Below are positions 52,401 through 64,000 of a stretch of DNA of 64,000 bases, piece after piece. Origin of the DNA: Gordius albopunctatus. Its lineage: Eukaryota. The first letter of the stretch is position 1. Every line of letters begins with the position of its first letter. The notes beneath the pieces were generated by a model, which worked only from the letters and a program-made list of their open reading frames with translations, was not told the origin of the DNA and did no database searches. A program made the translations under genes and the position numbers. The stretch is from the NCBI GenBank assembly GCA_964276515.1, contig OZ193909.1:15438001-15502000 (forward strand), read 5' to 3'.

Positions 52401-55400
52401 AGGGTGTTATCAAAGCCTCAACTGATTCTGCAAAAACTGTCAAAAAATTAATTAATAAGTGTGACATAAAAAAATATTCATTCTTTTTTTATAACCTAGA
52501 ATCATATTTCTGACATATTAATCCTATTAGAGCCTGTGCCCTATCAATGTAATAACAAATTTTCCTCCCATTTCAGAATTCATTGAAATTAGAGCGGGGC
52601 AATAATGTTTTTTTTTGGGGGGTGGGGCAAAATGAACATTTTTTGCAATTTTAGCCATAATTTTAAAAAATTTGGGGAAAAAATTGGATTCAGAGGGAGG
52701 CAGCCGCCCCTCCCTGCCCCCCCCCCCTTGGCAACGCCCATAATAAAAAGTAATGTGAATTTACTGATAAAACCGTCGATATTAAGGGTAGATTGGTGCA
52801 TTTTGTAAAGTACTTTGGAGTACAAAATCAAAATTATCAGTAAAGGTCCTCCGTACATGGCCATCATGCATAAAACGTTGTAGGTCAGTTCGTGGCGACG
52901 AGAAGTAAAAAACGAAAATGTCACGCACTGTTTGAAGTCTGGATGCGTGGGGTGACTTGCCACGTGGAATATAAAACTCTGTAAAAATTAAATAAAAATT
53001 CATCTTTGAATAACATTTACCGACAATAAATTAGTAAAGCTTTTATTATAGACTCTGAATAAACACTATATGAACGATTGGCGGCGTTTCTATCTTAACA
53101 AAATTGTAAAAGATTATAAATCCACAATAAAAAATTTCCATACCTGTTTGTCACACTAAGGTGGTCAGCTTCTAATAATATAGCTAAGTTCTTAAAAGAA
53201 CTAGTTCCCGATATCTAGCATTTAGTATGAGATAATTATTCTCTAAATATTATTTAAAATGAGGAACTAAGATGGAAAAGATAGTTTAAAAGCAGAGCCA
53301 CGACAAGGTTATTAAGTTCCACTTCTTGAACAAATCATTTTACAACTTATACTGTAATATTTCCTTATTTAAAAAAATATCGCAAATCAATTACAAACAT
53401 GTCTCAATTTGCAGCTATGTACTGACACAAACATATACAAAGAGGCGGTCTTTAAAAATCGGGTGGAATGCAGCAGAATATGTTAGCTTCTCAAATGATT
53501 TAAGGAGTTCCATTTAAAATTTAGCCGCGAAATTCAATTGAAACCTGTTCACCTCGCACAAAGTCTGTTTATTAAATAAGAATCGTTTTTTGGCATTAAA
53601 ATCAATGTACCTCTTCTTGATTTGTTAAAAATTTTGGGAGATTTCTTAATTCGAGCGGGGAGAGCCTTATGTAAATTAGTTTTCTGGCGGACAGAGCCAT
53701 GTGTATTCAAATTGAGTTTTCTGGTGGGCTGGGTCGGGAGGTCAAAGTGGAAGGTCGGATTGGGGATAATTAAAATAATTTTAAGCCGGGCTGGATTCAG
53801 ATGATCATATTAGTATTTGAAGAGTAAGATTATACTTATAATTTAAAAAATATGCATAATTTAGCCAATAAATCCAGGCCAAAGTGTACATATTTAATAA
53901 AGAAAAAAAGCTTAGAAAACCACTAAACTAAGCATACCAAGAAATTTTAATAAATGTAGTTTATATGAATCTATATTTCTTTAAAAGAAAAATGGCAGTT
54001 AACCTCGTTGCTTTAAACAAGTAGGAATTTTGAACTAAGCTAGTTCCTTTTTAAGTGAAAGAATGGTGAACTTTAAGAACTTTAATAGCTTAACCAATAT
54101 CTACTAAATATCTAACTAAATTTGAATTCTATGTTCCAAAATAAGAATTAGTTAAGATGTTAAATCTGCAGCAATCGTGATAACGCTAATTTATTAAAAA
54201 TAACTTTGCCTAAATCATGTCTAGAGGCCTGACCTGACCTGATGCCCTTCTCAAAACCCAGTCTCATCTTCAGTCCTTTCTATCATATTATAGCTGTAAA
54301 AGGCTATAATATAGGAGATTCAACTTCAAGCCGGCCATACTCTATTTTGTGTAGACGATTTTATATTCGGTTTTGCCTTAACTTTTAAACATATTGATAT
54401 ATATAAATGAATTATTTTCATTAACTGGTTAGCAATAACATTATAGCTCGCCCGATGAACACGGACGATTAAACGATTACTTTTTTTTATATAAAATAAG
54501 GCAAAATTTTATTTTTATATTTGTTGCATTGCAAATAGTTGAGTAGGGGCAATAGATTTTCTATTCGATTAGGTAGGTATATAGGATCTACGGGTATATC
54601 AACAATAATATTTTTAACAAATTATAATTTTGCTCATCCCCAAATAATAATCACTTTTATGTGCCATTATAATAAAATCCTAGTTAAGCCCTTGCCCTTT
54701 CCAGTCTTTTAAACAGGCTTGGCTCGTCATGACATCTAATCTATCTATTAAAAGTTATAAATATAGTTATAAATAATAGATACTAGTAAGCTTATAAATA
54801 GAATAATTGACCATGCAGATTAGAAAGTAAATAACGGGGGAATAAAAAGAAATAGCAGATAAATAAAATTTTTGGATAATTTATGCAGATTAGGGGATTA
54901 AATATAATTACCTATCCCAACATATGTGATATATCTCTGCCTAAAAAATTATTATAAATTACAATAAATGTTGTAATCAATATATTATTTATATCCTATG
55001 CTTAAAATAATTTTATTGATATTTTTATGTAATGTAGTCATACAAATCAGGCAAGATTCAAATAAAATAGACTAAAAAGTTATGTAAACTTTTTGAAACT
55101 ATTTTTAAGATTATTTGGAGTTTCATGGGCTTAGCCGAGGGGGAGAGGGTAGGGAGGGGAGCCTGCCCCCCTCTAAATCCAAAAATTTTTACAATTCATT
55201 AAAATTATGGATAAAATTTCAAAAAATGATCCCTTTGTCCCCCTCTAAGCCCATGTGGAGTTTAATGGGTGCGGGTGGATTGCCCTTTTTGGCACTCTTT
55301 GGCTGCTAAAGTCCCATGCACAGAATATATATATGAATGGAGGTGGCGGGGAAGAGAGGAAGAGGACGACATCGTGTCACGTGGAAAGGGCAACTGGACA

Positions 55401-58400
55401 AAGTTATTAAAACTAAGATGATAAATCAGGACATGATCCTTTACCGATTTATATTAAAGAATTGTCAAAACAAACCCCACGATTCTGGTGCAAAAAACAT
55501 GATGTAAGAAGATGTATGTAATCCTAAATAGTAAACTGAGATTTTCAATGCTAGTCACATTTAAAAATCGCTAACTTACTGATTAGGAGAAAAGCTGAGC
55601 CTTTAGTTTTAATAAAACATTTGGCAGGGTAAAAAACATGTATTTTCTATTAATTTTTTTTAGAAACCTCTTTAATTGATTAATAAAACATAGATTGCAT
55701 TAAAAAAACAATTTTAAGACCTCTTTAATTGATTTTTAAAAAAAGAAAGCCTTTACTTCTAATTAATAATTCGTATTAAAAAGTAGGTTTGTGCCATGCC
55801 ATAGCCCAGTTCTCAATTTTTAATTAAAAATGAATTTCCCCTTTTATATTAAGATGTCAATTTTTAATAACCCATTCCCCAAGGCCTTATGTTATATACC
55901 TCCCTTAAGATTAAAAAAATATTGGAATGTTTTAAGCGGCAAACTTTTTATCTCGTTTATATCAAATAGATTATGATGCCGAAAGAGCAGTAAAATTGTT
56001 AGTAGTCATCATACTAAATATGTGTATTTCTATTTCGCCCTCAAACGCCTATTTTTTCTACAAAAAAGCTTGGTTTTTTATTTCTCTTAGAATTGTTTAT
56101 GAACCCAATTACAAATAAATTCGCAATTACGTATATTGTATGAGAAATGACTTTTATTAATTTAAGGTAAGGGTAAAGTATATATGAAACTAAAGTGAGA
56201 AGTCATACAAGTTAAAAAACAAAATAGTTTAAACATTTCGTTATTGTCAACTTGATTAAACAACTAAAATTTTAAGAGTGTGTATATATTGGATAAATTT
56301 GGGTTGCTTTTTAATTTAAATGTAAAATCTTATTTTTAATCCATTTAAGAAATAAACTCAAGTATAAAACATAACGTCCAAATTATTAACAAACTAAATC
56401 AAAAAATAATCATTTGATTTTGCGAAACTTAAGACCAAGTTTTGGAAAGCGAATTTAGAAGAGCTTGCTTGACTTACTTCAACTGGTGAATGTGATTGCC
56501 ATAGCTATCTACGACTTTAATCGATATTTAATATAAAAAAATAAGAGCGATTTGTACTAAAAGATAAAAAAATTTTAATTTTAACCGTGTTTTTACCAAT
56601 AAAACTCTTAAATTTAACCAACTAATTTGTTTTATGATTGATGAAAATAAGAATTCAGCACAACGTTGAATTTATAAGTTTCGTCAACATATCACTCAAT
56701 TTCTATTTTAAAAAGTTAAGTTAATGAAAGATTACACTTTTCAAATACCTAAAGCAAGGGCGTAACCAACATTATAATTAGAGGGGAGGGAAGCAATAAT
56801 GATTTAGAGAGGGGCAAAATGATAACTTTTTGAAATTTTAGAGATAATTTTAATAACTTTTAACAATAGTATTTAGAGGGGGGCAGCCGCCCGTCCCTGC
56901 CCCCTCTTGGCTACGCTAAGGACCCAAAAGGACTAATAATACTGCTCATATTACAAATAGAATGACACGATAAACTTTTGTGCCTTACGACCAATTATTT
57001 CGTGATAACCTTTCCCCTATAAATTGAAAATAAAAGGACACGTAAAACGTGTAGGAGGAGGAGCAATTATGAATGTAAAATTAGGATGTAAAATGCCAGT
57101 ATCGTCCGAATGCAACATTTTGGAATAATTTAACCAATTTAGAGGATAACCAAGGGGGGGGGGGAAGGGTGATTAATATCACATCTTGAACCAAAAATAC
57201 CACTAGTTTGAAAGATTAATATATCCGTAATTATAATAATATTACGGCTGCAAACTATTGTCATAATTATCCTTAGGCAGCATAGGGGATGAGTTGCAGT
57301 ATAGCAATTGGTGTTAACATCGCGCTATGGTAAACAAACACAAAGAGAATATCGATTTGGTGTACCAACAAAAATTACTCTCTCTTCTTACCTCAAATAA
57401 AATTCAAGTTGCATGATTAGAGGGTGTCTTAATAGTGTTATAAAAAAGGCAGGTTTAAAACAAAACTCGTGCCTTGAATATAAAAATTTATTTAAAATTT
57501 TGAGGAACTTTAATAAATTTGGATAAGTAAATTCTTACCATTCGGCTGTTTAAAATCCAAAATGTGATTTGACAAATAAAATTAGACGTCAAAGAGCTTT
57601 TATAATTATTTGAAGTGTTTTAAAATACTTTGTGTCGGTCTTAATCGTAATGCGCGTCAACAAAATTGCAATTGGCTGAACAATATGAATGATCCCTAAC
57701 CATAATGTATGAAATTTATAGAGCTAGCCACTAAGAGTTTAGTGGAGATTCATTTATTTTAAATCTGACCCGCTTTTGTAATAAAAAGAATAAAAAAATT
57801 TACATATATATTAACTTTATAAATACGTTAAATATAAGAAAATTGAAAAATAATAAACAAATGCACCAACGCAGTGTAAGAGTTATTGGCAATTTCTTTC
57901 TAATAAAGCTTTAAATAAAAACCTTACTTTATGAGTTAAATGTTATATATATTTGCAATACCTATTTGAGGTTTAAATTCTTTTTGTGGGCCAATATTGT
58001 TTTACGTTTATATTTGTTAGCCGAGCTGCAAAATAGGGCGATACTTTTAAAAAATAAGTTTCAAAGTGTCTAAGCATTAAGGTTATTTTAAAATTTAAGT
58101 TTCAACGCGTTTTTGTATCTGATTGAATTAAACGGTCAAGGCAAATTAACATTTTACCATTTCAAGACACAGGGAATTACTAATTATAATAGCATATAAA
58201 ATTTATGAAATTTTAAAGACTTCATTCTAATAATAATCTTATTATTGGATTTCTGAATTGCTTTTTAATAACTATGGTCCATCTTTGAATACTATTTGTT
58301 CCTTTAGATAACCTATACCCAAGTAGGAATTACAAAATGCACTTATTAAGAAAATGTATATATATTGATTGCTATGCAATTTATGGGCTCGTTTTTTGTT

Positions 58401-61400
58401 GTCCGTCCTCCGTGATTGTACAAATTATTATTGATTGTCATTATTTTGGTCAGATACTTGAACGATCTGCTTTCCATTTTTGCAGCTAAAGTATATTAAT
58501 TAAAGAAACGAATATAATACAAGCAGCGATAAATATAGTGGCGCGAGGTGAAGCACGTCAAATATGTTTCTAAAAAGATTTTTTAATCTATTAGTAGCGA
58601 CAAGTGAAGCGCGGTACTCAGTAGAAGTAGTGTTAGTTGCTACCGGGTGAAAGCACCTTTTCTTTAGTCAATCCAATATAATAGAAGAACTTATTAGAGT
58701 TGTTATAATAGTAAAAATTAGCATCGTTAAAATGTTATTGCCCTTTTGATACTGATAGGGGCAAAAATTTTATGACAATAAGTTTAAGTGACTTGATCAA
58801 GAGAGAGGATAGGCTCATTAAAATTATACTCCATCTTTTTCCAATAATTTTATTGAAAAAAGATTTTTCAAATGAAAAAATAACTAGCAAAGATTTGAAA
58901 TATATTATAGAAGTAAAAACTAGAATCATACAATAAAATAGATTTGCTTATATAAACTAGACTCGTTGCCAAAAGAATATAAACGAAAGCAGCAAAAATA
59001 AACAGCAATTAACAATAATTTTGGCCTCGACCGGTGTCAGACAAAGTTGATGTAAGCAATGGTCAGAATTAATTTGCAGAAAATTATTTAGCCAGTTTCG
59101 CACTTATCCCTTATAAAGCAACAACCTAGGCAAGGTAGCAAAATAAAATTATAACTAAAGGTAATCAATCGGGCCCAAAAACAATAATGTATTCTAAGCT
59201 CGGGCGAGGTCAAAAAATGGAAGCCAACCAGCCGTCAATAGCTAGTGTATATGCGAAAGCAAGATAAGTCTTTTATAAAAGCATAATCCACGGGCATTAA
59301 AACCCAACCCGTATAAGTTTCCACAGCAGTTATTAAGGCATAATAGCTTCATATTAATCAGATTAAATGGATTATTACAAATAATTTTATTCATTTTTAA
59401 ATTATTGAGATTACAATTGTGGATTGGCAAGAATGAGAAATTTATTCAATGAACATAAAGGTAAAAAGTAGTTGCTCGATTAATGAAGGTAAAAATAAGT
59501 TTTTGATAAATTATCACATTAGAATTTCCATAAAAGCAACATCTTATATTATTCCAACATTTTGTACATCAGACAAATTAGGCCGTCCTCAGTTTTCTAG
59601 AGATAATAACAATTTCAAATGATTTACTATTTTTAAGGCATAAAGTGTGTAAAATATAGGTTTACATGATCAAAAACCTAGATGCAGCCTTATAGGCGTA
59701 GCCAGGATTGCCTCACGGGGGGGGGTCAATTTTGTGTCAAAGAATTTTGATTAAACAAAAACTTATTAAAATTATATAAATTCAATATCTACTATGGGTT
59801 TTTGGTCAAAAATGCATATTAATAAAATAATATCTTCAGAGACGCAACTTGCAAAGAGCTCTTTCCAATTTTTCTGTTTGCGTTAACTAGGGCCATTGTT
59901 TAAACTAAACACTTGCATTGGCCTTTTAGACTTAAATATCCTACCAGAACGAATAATTGTCCCGCCCGGAACCGTTTAAATGAAATTATAAGCCCTAGTT
60001 CGCCCCGCTGCTAAAATTTGGCTTGTATCACCATCTTCCTCATTAATTTAGAGGTTGAAATAATGTTTTAGAAAAATAATTTAGAATTAAATTTCTTCTT
60101 ATTAGAAAGCACGCACTCGGGACATATATTTTTTGTATAAATAATGTTATAATTATTAGATTTCATTTTAAATTAAATATCAAATTAATAAAAAAATATA
60201 TTAATTCTATATGCGCAACACACACAAGACTCCTATTAATTTTTTCCGTATAATTTGGAAAAAATTCGTTTTTTTGTCAATGGGGAAGGGGGCCTAACAC
60301 GAAACCGCCATCCCCTTCCCTATGCTACTGTGCAGCCTCCAACTGCACTAAATGTAAAAATTAATAATATACCTACCTTTGTTTGTAGACAAATTTTTAT
60401 TTTAAAAAAAACAATTTAATTTACCTAACGATTATAAAAGTATATAAAGCTTGGCATATATTTAGTTCTTTCTTATTATTAATAGTATATGATTACTAAA
60501 AAGATATTACCATCTTAACGATTAACGATTAGGGTGCGGAACTCAATTTTTAATTTAAAAGCAAAAGGTCAAATAATCTAGGCGTATTTACTTAATTCAA
60601 AGGATCTCATACTTTATAGTATAAATAGAACTTTTATAGTTCAATGATAAACTCAATATTTTTTATGTAAAAATTTTGACTTGAAGTTATTCACATTATT
60701 AATAACAATAAAAAGGTATAAATCGAAGGATATAAAAAGTATCACCCGCGGGGTTAGCTATTGGTCAGGGATTTGAAATTTACTTTGCGCTTAGAATATC
60801 AATTTCTTGTAGCAATAATAACGTCCTTCATAAAAATAATAATCTTACACAATAAATTTAAAGCTATAGCGAACAACTAGAATGAAAGGGGGGTTACTTA
60901 AATTCTAAGTACAAAATGCTAAGTATTTTATGGTATTTGAGCTAAGTTTTTGTAATAAAAACGCTACAACTTCTATGCTAAGTTTTTTATTTAAAAGTAT
61001 GAGTATAAACTGAACGAGTAATTTGTTATAGAATAATAGAAACACTTCTATCTCATTTGAGTATAAAATGCTAATCTAATAATTTATACTTTACCTTTGG
61101 AAAAGGTCCTATAACCTAAATTGTCAATGTATGGGAAAGTTCTGTTCCCATTCATTCTCAAATTTTATTGAAAAAAATTGCAAGATTTAAAAGTCACAGT
61201 TTCATGAAGCATTTTGTAACAATAATTAACAATATAAATGAACTTCATAAAACCTTTTAAATAGATATAGCGATCTATTTCTGTACTTTAGATAAAAACC
61301 AAAAAATATGACACATACATATCTTATAGCTAAAAACACCTCAAAATTTTTGCAATTCATATAACTTCGCTTTATTCTAATTTAGGTCTTCAAATGGTAA

Positions 61401-62415
61401 AAATTGTTTATTTGCGATTCTAAAACAGAAACTTATGTATTTTTAAGACTTGTCGGTTAAATTTTAAAATACTTTAAACCCAGTCCCCCTTTAAGAGCAT
61501 TTTTAACAGTTTACTGATACACTTGATATATTATTATACCTGAGGCAAGCTGCAGAGAAAACTAAGGATCCAACTAGCCCACATCATGCGCCTCTGCCTT
61601 TTTTCAGCGTACCTTACGGACAGGGGATGTAAGATGGATAAATAACGGTCTACCGCTATACAGACCAGTACGAAGGAACTCAAGTAGAGTCCGAATATAC
61701 GAACGAACATGAGAAGTCTACATGCAAGATCCCCAGCCCGCCAACTAACGGTCGCTCTCCAAGCAATTTCCAGTGGAATCAAAAGGAATGTCACCAATAA
61801 ATCCGCGACGCATAGATTGAGCAATAGGGTCCTCATGCGAAAGTAGGATGAATTAAAGTGTGTCGAAGTCCGTTTTCTAGCTATAGCTCTCTTTAAATTA
61901 GCAGCTAGCTGATGATACTCCTGCACTACTATTGAACCCGCGTTGAAATTAGTTTGGGCTTGAGCGTTTGTATTGCCACAACTATTGCTGTTAGGTAGAC
62001 CTACGGCTCTACGTCTCCAATCCGTGCCTGGTCCTGTTCCGTACAATGTTCGTCGAGATGCGTTTAACGAAACCATGAAAGTGACGTTGGCTAAGTTGGC
62101 GAGGGAAGAAATGAGAAATATAAGGGAATAGAGAATTATGGACAAGAGATGTGCATCGGTAAAAATTAAATCGGGATCTTTGATGAAGGATTGGTTACTT
62201 GGTTTTGAACTATTCGTACTTACTCCACTCTCTGTCATTGTAGCGAAAGGCTTGGTCGAAGAATGTGAATGAAAATTATTGATTGAGAAGTACATATTTT
62301 GGCTGTGGTTTGTGTAATAATTTACGGTAAAGTTAGGTACTGCGACCATTTTGGTAAGCAGGATGATATTCGCGTTGCTTCCAGTGGTGGTTGAGGGTGA
62401 TATAGGCGATATCAT
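49442..62415 (-). CDS. Class A neuropeptide GPCR, GnRH-receptor superfamily (AKH/ACP receptor-like), about 860 aa
   Basis: Exons 62415-61540, 52978-52765, 51755 (or 51758)-51359, 50540-49442. Motifs NLCVADLLVTFLLIPLEIAW, WRAGDLACR, FGLYLSSFVLVCIAVDRY, SLPQ, FKQCVTF, FFCCWTPFY, FAVSNSCINPLIYG. Start codon is uncertain (several in-frame ATGs). Confidence 0.9.
55124..55255. mobile_element. Poly-G/poly-C hAT-type MITE
   Basis: TIR CATGGGCTTAG/CTAAGCCCATG; perfect TSD TGGAGTTT. Confidence 0.85.
56755..56921. mobile_element. Poly-G/poly-C hAT-type MITE (degenerate)
   Basis: Ends CAAGGGCGTAACCAA / TTGGCTACGCTAAGG; flanks ACCTAAAG/ACCCAAAA. Confidence 0.6.
58365..58412 (+). mobile_element. HINE 5' end fragment
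   Basis: ATTGCTATGCAATTTATGGGCTCGTTTTTTGTTGTCCGTCC; another 5' end, reversed, at about 17225-17272. Confidence 0.7.
59691..60330. mobile_element. hAT-type MITE, long member of the GGCGTAGCC family
   Basis: Starts TATAGGCGTAGCCAGG and ends CCCTATGCTACTG; perfect 8-bp TSD TGCAGCCT. Confidence 0.75.
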
Positions 62416-64000
62416 ATGGTACAATCAAATGACAGCGTGGGATGGGGGATTAATATAAATTTCGGCAGGAAAAACGATCAAAAAATGACGTTTAATTTAA
62501 TATTGACAATAATAATTCGACGACATAATTTATGTGAGTGGGGTGGGCCACAGTTAAAAGAATTAATCAATGAGCACTTAAAGGAATTTTAAGCTAGGCC
62601 TTAATACGGCAAAAAATGTGATTTATCGAATTGGTTGGTACAAATAATTCAAACTTTTCCTCAAACCAATAATTGTAAGATTAGTAAAGGGGGAAGGCGT
62701 GACAATACCTAATCTTTTAATTCGCATTTAATCTTTTACCCCCATTTTATTCAAATAAATTATTGACATTTTTAACATTTTATTAACAACATCCGACATC
62801 CGATCGGGAAATTAAAGTATCAACGAATTTTAAATGATCCATCCATCCTCAATGCTAGTGATCTCGTAAAGATTAGATTTTTATGCCTAAAACTTTTCCC
62901 ATTAAATAATGACAGTGACAAGATTTTTTGATGATACGCTCACAAGATTCCAAAGAGTCTATAATTTTTGGGATTAACATTGGGGCACTAAGGGGGGAGG
63001 GAGGGGGCGGGCTTTTGAAATGTTTTTGAATCCAAAGATAACTAGGAGGAGAAATTGTATTAAAGTGACATTTGGATTTTTTATTTGCAAACAAAATCAT
63101 ACATTTGCTGTTAATTATCCTGACAGTGTAAAATAAAATTTGGAATAAGTTACAAAGAAAAGTTTAATTATCGATTTTTAACTACTTAACTACTTGTAAA
63201 AACATATAACTACTTATGTCAAAATTATACAACAAACACTTTGAGCAATTTAGTACTGAAACAATTTACTTTCGGGGCACGCCAAAGTTAACCTTGGCTC
63301 AAACATTACTAAAATTTGTAGAATTCGGACCTAGGATATCGGAATGATACTTTATATGGTCCTTTATAAAAAAATTTAATTGAAATGTTACTTATTTTTT
63401 CTTCGTAATAAGTTAATTTCTAATACCCAATAAATTCATTTCATTTAAATCTTGCATACGGTATGAAAGGTTTGAATGTATGAATCTTGAATCGGCTTGC
63501 ATAAAATAACTGGGCTTTTATTGGGCCTTCTAAACAATTACTATTGTTGGTAAGCGTTTAACAATATAAATTATTCAACACCTAATTTCCTTTGTCAATA
63601 ATTAATTTTTTCCCATAACAAACAACAAGAGGAGACCATGATTTTGCCGATTCCTAGTTAAGCCAAATTTAATGTGAAAGGTAAATAGGTGAGAGTATGC
63701 AGCTACTATTTCTTCAAAAAAGAATCACATTTTATCGAGTAATCTTTAAAGATCTCGGTCACAAATTAAATGTATATATCACAAGGGCTCTTTCATCACC
63801 GCATCATCCAAGGTTAATACTTTAAGTTTTATCGATCAAATGATTTATGGAGGAAGGATGATTTAATATTTTAGTATTGACATATAGTAAATGTATTCCA
63901 TTTTTGATCCAACAATATTTATGCAGGGCATTTATAAAACTTTTTATTAATACTACAACCGTTGACTTATATAAAAGAGTAAATTAAATTGCGAGCCTAA

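Overview
AT-rich, intron-rich eukaryotic (invertebrate animal) genomic DNA; not prokaryotic. Four spliced protein-coding genes can be rebuilt by hand, all on the minus strand: EFTUD2/Snu114 (20 exons in the window, 3' end runs off the left edge), Rap1 (4 exons, 186 aa, ending CQIL), RGP1 (8 exons) and an AKH/ACP-type GnRH-superfamily GPCR (4 exons, about 860 aa, with expanded loops and tail). The rest is mostly transposon-derived. It includes a compact Mag-like Ty3/gypsy LTR element (128-bp LTRs, 5-bp TSD, tRNA-Ser-like PBS) whose 5' LTR is split by a 2.76-kb DINE-1-like Helentron non-autonomous element (HINE) full of tandem repeats. There is also a fold-back derivative of that HINE, a decayed Helitron, RTE LINE fragments, and many hAT, Harbinger and piggyBac MITEs. 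The most notable host-genome pattern is a two-zone gene architecture. The first 1.5-2 kb of each housekeeping gene is CpG-poor, A/T-ending in codons and apparently TE-free, and in EFTUD2 and RGP1 it carries 35-43-nt introns. Distal exons are CpG- and GC3-richer and flanked by TE-filled introns. Family assignments come from recalled motifs and counts are by hand; no database search was run.
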